From Mesotaenium endlicherianum (taxonomy: Eukaryota), in the NCBI GenBank assembly GCA_009602735.1, contig WELA01003365.1:133384-197383 (forward strand): a stretch of 64,000 nucleotides of DNA, in the 5' to 3' direction. The notes beneath the pieces are model-generated. The model did not search any database. It was not told the DNA's origin and was given only the letters and a program-made list of their open reading frames with translations. Shown piece after piece: positions 14,201 through 25,684 of the stretch (the first letter of the stretch is position 1; each line of letters starts with the position of its first letter). The position numbers were made by a program, and so were the translations under genes.

Positions 14201-17200
14201 NNNNNNNNNNNNNNNNNNNNNNNNNNNNNNNNNNNNNNNNNNNNNNNNNNNNNNNNNNNNNNNNNNNNNNNNNNNNNNNNNNNNNNNNNNNNNNNNNNNN
14301 NNNNNNNNNNNNNNNNNNNNNNNNNNNNNNNNNNNNNNNNNNNNNNNNNNNNNNNNNNNNNNNNNNNNNNNNNNNNNNNNNNNNNNNNNNNNNNNNNNNN
14401 NNNNNNNNNNNNNNNNNNNNNNNNNNNNNNNNNNNNNNNNNNNNNNNNNNNNNNNNNNNNNNNNNNNNNNNNNNNNNNNNNNNNNNNNNNNNNNNNNNNN
14501 NNNNNNNNNNNNNNNNNNNNNNNNNNNNNNNNNNNNNNNNNNNNNNNNNNNNNNNNNNNNNNNNNNNNNNNNNNNNNNNNNNNNNNNNNNNNNNNNNNNN
14601 NNNNNNNNNNNNNNNNNNNNNNNNNNNNNNNNNNNNNNNNNNNNNNNNNNNNNNNNNNNNNNNNNNNNNNNNNNNNNNNNNNNNNNNNNNNNNNNNNNNN
14701 NNGGGGGGGGGGGGAGGGGGGAAAGGGAGAGGGGCCTAGTAAGGTCAGAGCCGGGTCCAGAGACCCATGTGACGACGAGCGTGCACTCGCTGCGCCCACA
14801 TCCTGCAGCAGCGCACGTGCGTGTGAATGCGAACCTGTGGAGTGGAGCCCGCGCTGGAGCTGGCAGCGAACTCAGAGAGCTAAACCCTGAGAAAACCCTA
14901 AGCCCGACCCTACTGCCCCAGCATGCCCTCTGGCTCATGGGCTCATGCTTGCCTCCCCTGGCGCGGAGAGAGGACGCGCAACCGAAGCCCGGCATGAAAA
15001 GCTAGCTAGCCGAGGAGGGGTTCTGCGATCAGCCAGAGGCACCCCTGCCTACCTGGAGGTGCTTGTGCTGGAGCCGGGGCTGGAGCTGAGGCTGGGTCTG
15101 GGGGCTGGGGCTGAGGTTGGTGCCGCGGCTTGAGCCGGAGGTGGGGCTGGGGCTGGGGCTGTGGCTGTGGCTGGGGCTGGAGGTGGACCAGGGAGAAACT
15201 GTGGGCAGGAGGGACCTGCCACCGTGTGACTAGCCAGAGGCGCACCTGGAGGTGCTCGGAGCTGGGGCTGGGGCTGGGGCTGGGGCTGGGCTGGAGCTGG
15301 GGCCAGAGGCATAGGTGGACCAGGGCGTGACTGACCGGCTGACGCCTGGACGTGGCTGTGCAGCTTGTTCTTCACGAGCGGAGGGCTGTCGTCCGTCGCG
15401 CCGCGCACGCCCTCGCAGCAGTACGAGGCAACCGGCGAGGTGAGCTGGCACGGGCGCATGGGCTCCCTGTTGGGGGCAAGTGATTGGCTTGCACGCAGTG
15501 CCTACGTGGGGCAGGGGCCCCTCTTGCCGCGCTCTCTTCATTCAGACCTCGCATCCCTCCTCGCTCAACTTAGCGCTCGCGCGGTCGCTCGCTCTGTGAC
15601 AGCCACGCGCAGGCGCACAAGCAACAGCTGGCACGTCGCCGTGCCGATCGTGGCTTTTTCCTACGTGGCTGGTTGTGCTCTGGAGAGGTTCCTTGCGACA
15701 CACACATGTTCACACACACACACACACACACACAAACAATGCGCGCGCGCGGGCACGCGCGCGTGGCACTCAGTACTGAACGGGCGGATATGGTGTTGGG
15801 TGTGGCAGGGGATGAAGGAGGCCGTGAAGAACGGCGACGTGGAGGCTGTGCAGAGCCTGCTGGCAAAGGTACCCTCCCTCTCCACGCCTTCATGCCAGAC
15901 CGGCAGCCAGTTCCAACGCCAGTGCCAATGCCGATGCCGATGCCGATGCCGATGCCGATGCCAGCGCCAGTGCTGCAGCAGATGCCGCGGCCGATGCCGA
16001 TGCCAACGCCAATGCCAGCGCCACAGCCGATGCCCATGCCCATGTTGATGCCCGTAGAACTGACTATTTTCAAAGCCGCATCGCCCCAGCCGATAGCAGA
16101 GCCAGCGGAGATGCCAATGCTGCCTGCGGGGCAGAACACACTTGTTGGTACTCTGATGGGGTGGGGCATCCTCGCATGCCCTCCTCCGGGTTTGCGCTCG
16201 TCCAGCCTGCGGCGGTGACCAGCATCGCCTGCCCGGCTGGCGCAGAAGGTCCTGCATCGCATGTTTACTTTAGTAAAGAGAATTTGGGATGGCCGATCGG
16301 CGCGCACAAGGGGCACGCAGGCTTTGGCTTTTCAGGATCGAGACTGCCGCCATCCGACGGACGACACGTGGCAGCACGAGCGCGAGTTTCTGGGGATGCA
16401 AGCTCTAGAGGACTGTGTTCCGATATCATCCCCAAGGGGGGGGGGGGGGGGAAAGGAAGGGGGNNNNNNNNNNNNNNNNNNNNNNNNNNNNNNNNNNNNN
16501 GGGGGGGTAAAGGAAGGGGGGGCCCGCTCTGGCCTCACTCTCTTTCTCTCGTCTGGCTGTGTGCAGAAAGTGGACCCCAATTACCAGGACAAGCAAGGCT
16601 TGCCGCTGCTGCATATTGTGAGTGTGCTATCGCCACTGCTCCTGCCAGCTGGCTTGCTCGCAGCGACGCTCTGCAGCGCAGGCCTGACGGGGGGGGGAGG
16701 CCGCGGCTGCGCATGTGCCATGCTTCGCTACCGCCCGCTTCCCCGCCTCCCACTTGCACTTGCAAAGTCTGTGCTGTTGTGCTCTTGCTGCTATGTGCCA
16801 GATTCGCCTGCTTCCCTTGCGGGCAGACCTTTGCCCCTCCGCTTTGTGCCAAACTCCTCCGCTGTCCTTGCAATAGACCCCTGCCCCTCCCCTGTTTGCC
16901 GAGCTTCCGTGCGTGCTCCTTGTAAAGAGCCCCTTGCATGAGCTTGTGCCTCTGTGCTTGCGCCACTTCTCGGCCCCCCCCGCTTCCCTGCTCCCTTTGT
17001 GAGCAAGCCCCCGTTTGTGGCCACACCTCTCGCGCAGGCTGCCCTCTTCAACCAGACGGAGATCACGTTCCTGCTGATGAGCGCTGGGGCCAATCCGGCG
17101 GCAACTAATGCACAAGGTGAGCCCGCCTCCCAACGACAGGTCTTGCCTACCGCCTTCGGGATGCCTCTCCTTGCAGCCTAACATATGCTCTTTAATGGCT

Positions 17201-17490
17201 GACGTGCTTCTTTGAAGATGCATAAGTAGGGCCTAATCTTGATGCTGAAAAGTAAGAGTATCTCGTTTGAAGTTTGCCCACGTGGTATGCACGTGGTGTA
17301 TGAACGTGGCGGATGCACGTGGTGCCCTGGAGGACATGTGGGGACTGTATGAGGTTAGGAGCGCATGATGGGGCATGACAAATAGCCTGTGCTTTTATTT
17401 GCAACTGCAGGTGAGACCGCGCTTGATTGTGCACCTGCAACCCTACAGCACAAAATGCAGGAGAAGATAAAGCTAGATGGTTCAACCTAG
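11295..17490 (+). CDS. plant FYVE zinc-finger + C-terminal ankyrin-repeat protein; multi-exon, spans N gaps
   Basis: Exons 11295-11381 (MATIVDPPPFEEAMNCYICGSTFSTFKRR), 11583-11639 (HHCRCCGRTVCAEHS), 12263-12330 (LPQFG..VRVCDEC), ~12880-13147 (CTCGMPLCICEAP), ~13561-13712, 15364-15438, 15809-15868 (GMKEAVKNGD), 16567-16617 (VDPNYQDKQGLPLLH), 17038-17117 (AALFNQTEI), 17411-17490 (GETALDCAPATLQHKM..stop). GT-AG boundaries. Confidence 0.9.
15060..16050 (+). repeat. intronic hexamer microsatellites (GGGCTG)n at ~15060-15305 and (GCCGAT/GCCAAT)n at ~15915-16050, plus (CA)n
   Basis: Seen directly; they generate the spurious QP, MP and CR repeat ORFs in the ORF track. Confidence 0.85.
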
Positions 17491-20400
17491 CACCTTGGTT
17501 TGTTTGGTACCAAACATGATCTTCTTCAGATGCAGCATATATGGGGCACTTAATCACCAGCCTTCATTCGAGGGAAGGGGTGTCGAATGGATTTAACCTT
17601 TTGGTAGCGTAGACAGTGTGCATGTGGCTTGTGGCACAAGTGTAGTATCGTTAAAATGTTTTGACGGCCAAAAAATAATGTACATACAAATTGAGGAAAC
17701 TACAAGCTCCACAAGGAGTTTGTACCTCAGAGATGTAATTTTTTGGCATACAATACTTCATCCCGAGGGTTGTGATGACAACTATCAGATCGTATTGAGT
17801 GGGACTACTCAAGACTGTGCCTGCATTGTAGTTGTCTTGGCATGATGGCATGGCAATTTGGTGGCACCATATGTGTGAGCTTGTAATTCATGTATACATA
17901 GTACTACTTAATGTTTAGAATTTGCCATGTTCAAGATTGGACTCAACTTTGAAGTTACGAGTTCTAGATGTTGCTTTCAAGAGAATGACTGAAGCATTTT
18001 TGAAGTAAATAGAGAGTTGAAATTGAAACTTTACATTGTATTTCTCAAACTTATGATGTAATAAATTGTTATATAACAAATGGATTATGGGAAGCAAGAA
18101 TTGTTCGGTTGGCAAATGTGGATAAGCCCACTAATTACGACCAACGGAACCCTAAGTGTAAGCAACAAAAAAAGATAAAAAAATTGTCTGGAACGCTTAC
18201 AAAGTATGATGGTGATTGATTATTCCACATATAAGATCATCAAGAAAAGTAGTACTGATTGTTCAGAGAGCGAGAAGAATCTCATGCTCTTTGCAATACC
18301 TAATATTTTGTCTGACGGATATATAGAAATTTATGCTCGTGCTTTCGGGAAAACAAGCAACATTACTACTAAGTTCTAACTAGTCATAACGTTCACATGA
18401 GTCTTTGATTGCACACATGTAAAGTCCGCCTTAAATTTATTCTCTGAAGTTTGCTGAGTTGAGTTGGTGAAGTTGATTGCAACCTTCATGATTTCTTGAC
18501 CAGAGTAGCGCCATCCTTCCTATGGTTCCTGACCTCAAATGTTCTCAAATGTTCCTATGCCAGAACGCTGGACCTAGTCTTTGTATATGGACCGCGGCCA
18601 TGGTACAATACGTCGCAATACCACGTACTTGCATGATAATTGTGTTCGTCCAAAATCAAGAAAATGTAAATCTGTGGACCTTGGAACATAGTTGCACGTG
18701 TGAGACTATGACTACGACTAGATATATACAAAAGGGTTAGTGATTGCTGCTGCTTGCAAGCAGTCGTGCTCACATCAACATTGATCCACTAACTTTTCCG
18801 TAAAGCTTGCAATCGACGCACATATTTTGCTCCCACCTCTTGCGTACTAATTTGCATTGATTTTGCCACGTGTTCGTACCCCACAACTAGGTTTAAGCAT
18901 CACATTTTGTCCAGTCAAGTGGTATCAACACACTCTGATTGACGTTGTTTGCAAAGTTGCGACACGTTGATAAGCCCAACTTCTCATTTGTCATTTTTCC
19001 CCTTCAATGAAGAAGACTACTTGCATTCAATGACATCAATGAAGGAAAGAGGGCATGAAAGAGGCGATAGTAAATGCTAAGCATTAACAATCACACTATA
19101 TCAACAAAGATATGCTACTCACGTATTGTTGACCAATAGACTACAACAACATTAAGACGTTTGACACACACAGTATCACGGTTATCACTTTAGTGAAACT
19201 ATTATTCTATCAATATAATTGATGTCGTCCAAATGTACCGATACAAGATACATTGGCTTTGTCAAAAAATGATTGAAGTCAAAACACCCAAACAATGAGA
19301 TCTCCATCTGTTTTTCCAACGGTAAAAGCCAACCTCATATAATAGGTTGAACAATTTGGTGAGAAAAACGTTTATGCAAAAAAGCAATTGCGGGTATAGA
19401 GGGTGTTTGCCGTGGACAACATATGGCAAGAGAGTACTAAGGTACTTTGAAACTGACAATTGTCTACAACAAGGATGACGAGGTACGGTGGGAAACTCAA
19501 CTTCAAATGGTTTGATTTTTGGGATTATTAGCATCATGGCTTTCTTCTGCTTCTGCATGCATGCAAAAAAATATGTAATGGGGGCATTTCAGAGATTAAA
19601 ACTTTTGTTAAAAATTGATATATTAGCACCCATTTCCTAAAATGCATACATCGGCATAGTCAAACCGACGCAACAAATCCCACCCCATCACTAACAAACG
19701 TGTAGGAAGTGGCGTGACCTTGTATCTAACGTGGGAATTCCCACTTTTGAAATACGGGTTTTAAAATCTATGTGGCAAGTACTAATCTAAATAAAATGTG
19801 ATGAAGGTGAGAGCACGTGAAGCCAAAAAATGTTAACATGTTTAATGAATACAACAGCAAGCTTAAAATGAAGAATCAAATCAAACGATGATGTAAAGTA
19901 CTCTTTTCATCCTACTCTGAATAATGGAATTTATTTCTATAGTTTTTTGAATGAGTTGGTTCATGCCGTTTTGTGACTTGCACATTTTTCGGATGGAAGT
20001 GCATCAATATTATTTTACGTGCTTTATAATTTATATGTATTTATGTGCATGTTTTTAACGCACGTGTTCACAACATAAAGTCATTGCTAACCACAATCAC
20101 ATGATGCTACATTCTTGAAGTGCAAGATGCTCATTTGCGTTTTAAAAGTCGTCAATTTATGTAAGATCCTATATAAAACATCTACATAAGATCTTTATAT
20201 GGATGTGATTCTTATATCCATATCTATAATTCTTGGAGCAAATACGAAAAAACTTATAGTTGCCAACTTCTAATGAATAAAATACTGGTTAAATACTTGT
20301 TGCAGAAGAGACTCAGGTTTCAGTAGGGAGCATGAGGAGGGGCAAAGCTCATGTGAAGGCTCTTATCTATCGTGGATGAGAATGCAAGCTAGCGGCCAAA

Positions 20401-21192
20401 GTATTTGCAACTACTAGACTATGTTCTTGATCAAATCGCTTCCGTTAATTTTGTAGGAATAAATGATAAAATAAATATAATTACTCATAACATATTATTT
20501 GAACATTTACGCCAGATCTTTTGGAAATTTTCATGAGCTAATCGGCTCACTCTCACGCGAATGCGAGTTAAAAGTACCAAGTAAAATTGAAGTGTATATT
20601 GTCAAGGTCAAACCTCAATTGGAAAATCTTTGAAGGTCGTCAATTAACCAATATTTGATTTCCTTTTATCAATGCAAGACTTGAGTTAGATGGCATTATC
20701 TGCATGAGAGTAAAGTGTATCTCTTATATACATCGTGAGGAAGACCACTGTGAATATAAGAGACAAAGAATGATGCTTCAGTAGATTGAATACATTAGTA
20801 TTGCCCATTGGTTCCAACATTCAAACATATTTGGTTTTGCAAGTGGATAATTGTGAAAGCTTGCAAAATTGGCCCTCATGAATCACCTTCAAACATAATC
20901 AATAAGAGTGTGCGTTAGAGCCTCCTACGTACGCTTAATAAAATGTTGCTACAATGACCAGCCACCATGGTTGCTTGAGCTTGTGTGCTCTAATCGTAAT
21001 CCTTCAAACCATGGCATGCCATAGCTGCGAACCCGTATTCGCTCAACCACTTGCTCTCGATTGACCAAGTCAAGGCTCTCCCAAAGATAGGCTTCATTAG
21101 CCCGCTAAATATGCCTTATTATGACCCTGCTTTAATTAGTGCGTCATAGTTGCATCATGGCGACCATGGGTGCTTAGAAGTGCTTATTAATG

Positions 21193-21949
21193 GGGAAAAA
21201 TACAAATTTACCATCTATTTGCGCCACTACTCCAGATTTACCATCTATTGGTGCAAACTAGCCAGAATTACCCAGATTCTGCCAATTTGGACAAAAATAC
21301 CACTTTTCTGTTTTGCTGCTTCCTCACTGTATACTTTGCACTGCAAGTATTGCCGAGCACTTTAAGTTATTTGTCGTATAAGTCGTGCAAACTATCTTCA
21401 CACGAGCATCTTCTGACAGCCTTTTTTAAGCAAAAGAGAAAAGTGAACATGTGGCCAATTTCAGTGACCATTACGAACACCTATATTTAATGCTTTCGAA
21501 ATTCTAACAGATTTGCAAGCATAAAATTTTACAACTCTTTATCATAAACCCTAAATCCCGAAGAGTACAGCGTTACCTTCACAGGCCCAAAGGTTTTCTT
21601 CGGCCCTCCCCTCCAATCCTTCAACTTTCGGATTCAATTTCAAATTAATGTACCTTCAAAAACTTTGTCTAAAAAGCCAAGATTCTTTCCTCGAAAAGAG
21701 AAATCCTACATTGTAAGCAACGACTCCCCCTCGTTCATTCGTGTCAAGTCGTACTTACACGAGTTTACCAACAGGACCTAGCTATAAGTAAAGCCATTGT
21801 TCTCATTACTATATATCCTGAGGCGTTCGAGACGAAAAAGTGGTATTTTTGTCCAATTTGACAGAATCTGGATATTTATGTCCAGTTTGCACCAATCTAT
21901 GGTATATCTAGAGTAGCGGCGCAAATTGATGGTAAACAAGTATTTTCCC
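21193..21949. mobile_element. Mutator-like (MULE) non-autonomous MITE
   Basis: Imperfect TIRs of ~115 bp (21193-21308 and 21834-21949) starting GGGAAAA; exact 9-bp TSD TTATTAATG at 21184-21192 and 21950-21958; no coding capacity. Confidence 0.9.
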
Positions 21950-22279
21950 TTATTAATGCTAGTGCTCATGCCCCATGATGCTCAAGCCTCACGAGTCGCG
22001 ACCTGCTTACGATCTGCTCTCAACTGCTCACGACAGCGCTCCAGTATGTGGTGTGTATTTGTGGTCGTCAGTAAGGCGCCCCTCACGTAACTTTTGTGAG
22101 GGGGAAATCAGTAAGGGCCTCGCACGTGCGCGCTGGTAGGGTCGTTGTGGTCGGATCGTTTTTCCGTACTACGTTCTGCCGTACTAAGTCAATTTGTACG
22201 ATTGATGATGGGCCTTATGGAATGAGTTAGGCCGAACATTTATTTCGGTTCTGAATGTTTGAGTTTCACAGTTTTTGTC

Positions 22280-22596
22280 ATGGCGAAGTTGTTAGAGAAG
22301 GTTAAGCGGAAGTATGTGGCATATAAGAAGCCATAGAACGTAGGACTTGAGGAACATCTAGGAATTTTGAGCTCGAGTGAAGGCATTGCTGTTGAACGCC
22401 TTAAACCCACTCCGAAGATAGAAGTGTCTGTCACTATTACGCATGATAGAGGAAACATAACAGATGCAGAGTTTGCGAAGCTGGGAGAGAATCTAAAGCA
22501 GAATCATATTGGGAAAGGGCTTTTTGGCACGGAATCAGGAGGCACTTATTACCATGAACACGCGCAAGGTGTACTTCAGATTCATGCGAAGTCGGT
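22280..22596 (+). pseudogene. Replitron Rep transposase fragment 1 (RCR motif I and HUH motif II)
   Basis: ATG 22280, premature TAG 22334-22336, then EVSVTI (motif I) and GTESGGTYYHEHAQGVL (H-x-H-x-Q-G). Ends at TSD TCGGT. Confidence 0.85.
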
Positions 22597-24031
22597 TATA
22601 GTGATTTGAGTTATTATACATTAGTTTGCATATTAGTTTGCATATATTTTAAAGTTTTCAAATATATTTGGAGTAGTATTGTGTGGATTCAAGTGTGAAT
22701 AGGTACTCTAGTGACTTGGTTCATGTCCTTTGAACCTTCTAAGGCATTTTCGAAGTTAGAGGAAAGACCTAGAAGAACTCCACGTGGCAAAAGTAAAATG
22801 TGCCATTTTTAGGTCAAAAGGACATGTGTACATTATTCTAGAAAGAGGTGGCAAGTTTTGGGATGTGTTGGGTGCCAACACATCAACATACACCTTCCTA
22901 GAAATTACTTATGTAGCAAGGATATAAACAAGAGCTGGAACATAGAAAAACATTCCAGAATCACTCTTATACTTGCCAGAATCCAGGTTCACATTAACTT
23001 TCAAGAAGCCATCTCTTTTTCAAGAAGCTACCACTTGTGTTCAAAGATCCTTGTCTTGAATAGATAAAGTATTATATTTCACTAAGTACTTTATCTATCT
23101 GTTTCACTACAATGGTATCGGAGCTAGGCACTTTGGTAGCACAAGAAGATGGCCGATCCTCAAGACCAACAGCAAGCTTTCGAAGAAAGCCCTTCCTCTC
23201 CAAGAGACCCTCCTACAACGCCGATGGGAGAGCCCACTTGTAATGAATCAGTATATTAGTAGATATAATATTCATTTAAATATAATAGTTAATTAAGTTC
23301 AGCCTGCTGAACTTTAGTTAGTAGTTAGTCTGCTGAACTTTACATAATTATCAGTTTAATGATTCAGCCGGAAGCAGCAGGCTGAAGTCCATATAAGTCA
23401 GCTTGCTGACCCATTCTTTGACAGCCAGCTGACTTCCGTACTCGGTAGCAGCGAACTGCCTTGACATACACCTAAGTACGATATGCTAGATGAACGGCCA
23501 GATGACATCCCTATGATGGATGGCGATTCGGGATGATGGGAGATGGCGGTGGATTTGGTTAACCGAGGTCCTACCAACGTGGTTAACTCCCGGGTAGGCG
23601 GTGCCATCGCACTGACCGTTGAACAGTAAACTCATTCCATGTACATATGCTAGGCATTGCTCTCGAGTTCGGCATTCGGAAACGAGGCCAACTCTCTTGT
23701 ACAGCTTACTGAGAGAGATCTGAATCCAAGGCGAGAAGCCATTGATACGCACTGTCTTCTAACCTTGCTTATGTATGAGTTTACTGATTTGCATTATTGA
23801 TGCTAGTTTACTCGCATTTGACTTACGAGTATTATTCACTGCTAGTGTGTTGTCCTTTGCCGTTTAACCAGTTAACGGAAAATACCATAAAGATTACTTG
23901 CTGATATAAAGATCTTTATTAATTGTTAATCGCTTATTTGGTAAGTCGATTCATTTCAGTGGTATCGGAGCAGTTATCACAGTCTTCTTTGTATGGTAAG
24001 GACAAGGTCTCAAACTAGCAACTCCTGAGAC

Positions 24032-25483
24032 ATGGAGAACCAGGATAACGAGAATGTCGAAAACCAGGCAAAAAGCCATGTAGCGGAAACCCGTACCTAT
24101 TCTGAAACAGTAGCAGACACTGCAGCTAGAGAGGCTGCAGATGAGGCAACTACTATTGCCGCAGTCGCAGCACAGCAAGCTGAGGAGAAGAGAGCCAGAT
24201 TAGAAGTTGAACAAGTAGCAAAGGCCGCTGAAGATACAGAAAGGAGGGAAGGACAGCCAGCTGACGAGCGCACTGTTGAAGAACTTATGGCATCAAGGGC
24301 CAATGTTCTGAACCCACCTCCTGCTGTACAACTCAATGTACCCCTAGGTCAAATACGTGACCGGCTGAATGCGGCAGGAATTGCTGCTGCAGGAGCAAGA
24401 GGGATTGTTGAGGACACTACTCAGCGAGTAGATGCCAATGCTGCTGCTGCATTTGCTAATCTACCACCCCAAAATGTAGACTTGGGAGCATTGTTCGTTC
24501 AGATGCAGTCGCAAATGGCGACCATGTATCAGTCCCAGCAGGAGGACAAAAGAATCATAATGTCCCTACTCCGGGACAGAGACCAACTGGGGTCTCACAC
24601 CACTAGTGGTGGTGGCCGAGGGCCTAGTAAGCCCAAGCCGAAACCTCCTCAGGACTATGATTCTGAGGGAAACAGAAAATATTACCTGATCAAGTTTCTC
24701 GCGGATGTTGAGCAGTGGCTGGAGAACTACCCAGAACTGCAAGATCACGAGAAGGTCAAGCACATCGGTGCGCTACTAAAAGGCAGTGCCGCAGATTGGT
24801 GGCTTTACCGGAAAGGAGAGCGTAAGGCTCGGCAACTCGGTGACCCTACGTGGGTAGAGTTTGTTGAGAAGTTGCATGAGAAGTTTGATGTCATCAACCA
24901 GCAGGAGAAAGCTATCTATGCGATGATCTCCCTGACACTGAAGCAGACCACATCAGTTGCTGAGTTTGCTCAAAAGTTCCAGGAGAACATGATGAAACAG
25001 TCAGACTTGCCAGAACGGTATAGGATAGCATACTTCAGGTATGGCTTGAAATCCGAAGTCTCTGGCCATTTCGCTGAGAAAAAGTATGAGAAACTGGCTG
25101 ACTTGATCCAGGATGCTGACGCCTGGGATCAGCAGCAGTTCAATCACAAGCGCCACAGTAACGCTTTGGTGTCTAAGATTGTCAAAAAGCCCCACGGTTC
25201 CTACAATGCAATTGAAGGAGACCGGGCTGAGGATAATCAGGGTGACGAATATGAGTATGAGTACAATGCTATTCAGTCTATAGGTGGAGGTGGTTCCTCT
25301 CGAGGTGGCTATGGAAGGGGTGGTGGTAGAACTAAGCCGAGACCAGCCTCAGCAAAATCCACTTGCTACCATTGTCAGCAGAAAGGCCACTACAGAGAAA
25401 AGTGTCAGTCAAGCACCTGCCCAAGGTCGAGAGAAAAGACCAGCCTTTCAATGACAGCAACAGTCAGTAATGCAGTCTACTGA
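24032..25483 (+). CDS. gag: Gag of element B
   Basis: 483 aa; retrotransposon capsid-like LKGSAADWW..LKQTTSVAEF; CCHC knuckle CYHCQQKGHYREKC. Confidence 0.9.
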   Translation: MENQDNENVENQAKSHVAETRTYSETVADTAAREAADEATTIAAVAAQQAEEKRARLEVEQVAKAAEDTERREGQPADERTVEELMASRANVLNPPPAVQLNVPLGQIRDRLNAAGIAAAGARGIVEDTTQRVDANAAAAFANLPPQNVDLGALFVQMQSQMATMYQSQQEDKRIIMSLLRDRDQLGSHTTSGGGRGPSKPKPKPPQDYDSEGNRKYYLIKFLADVEQWLENYPELQDHEKVKHIGALLKGSAADWWLYRKGERKARQLGDPTWVEFVEKLHEKFDVINQQEKAIYAMISLTLKQTTSVAEFAQKFQENMMKQSDLPERYRIAYFRYGLKSEVSGHFAEKKYEKLADLIQDADAWDQQQFNHKRHSNALVSKIVKKPHGSYNAIEGDRAEDNQGDEYEYEYNAIQSIGGGGSSRGGYGRGGGRTKPRPASAKSTCYHCQQKGHYREKCQSSTCPRSREKTSLSMTATVSNAVY

Positions 25484-25684
25484 CTGTGAGGATGCTAGAG
25501 ATAGTGAGTCGTCACTAGCTGCCCTCGTAGCAGGTATTATGGGTCCTGCTGAATTGGATTCACTATGCATGCCTGACAAACAGATAAAGGAGACCATCAG
25601 CAATATAGACGTCCAGAGAGCGCACACTCTGGATGCTCTTGTTCCGCTTGATGTCCAACATTTCTTTGCTACATCAGAAGAACA

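Noticed and set aside
13532..15005. Long ORFs of 300-450 aa
   Set aside because: They run through an N gap (13914-14702); the same applies to ORFs at 38817-39656.
23398..23752. Small minus-strand ORFs recurring at 23.4, 31.5, 38.8 and 51.3 kb
   Set aside because: They recur only because they lie in copies of the same LTR.
23239..23958. Possible hammerhead or other known ribozyme in the B LTR (retrozyme-like)
   Set aside because: No CTGANGA..GAAA core found on either strand, and twister, pistol and HDV cores did not fit; kept only as an unclassified structure.
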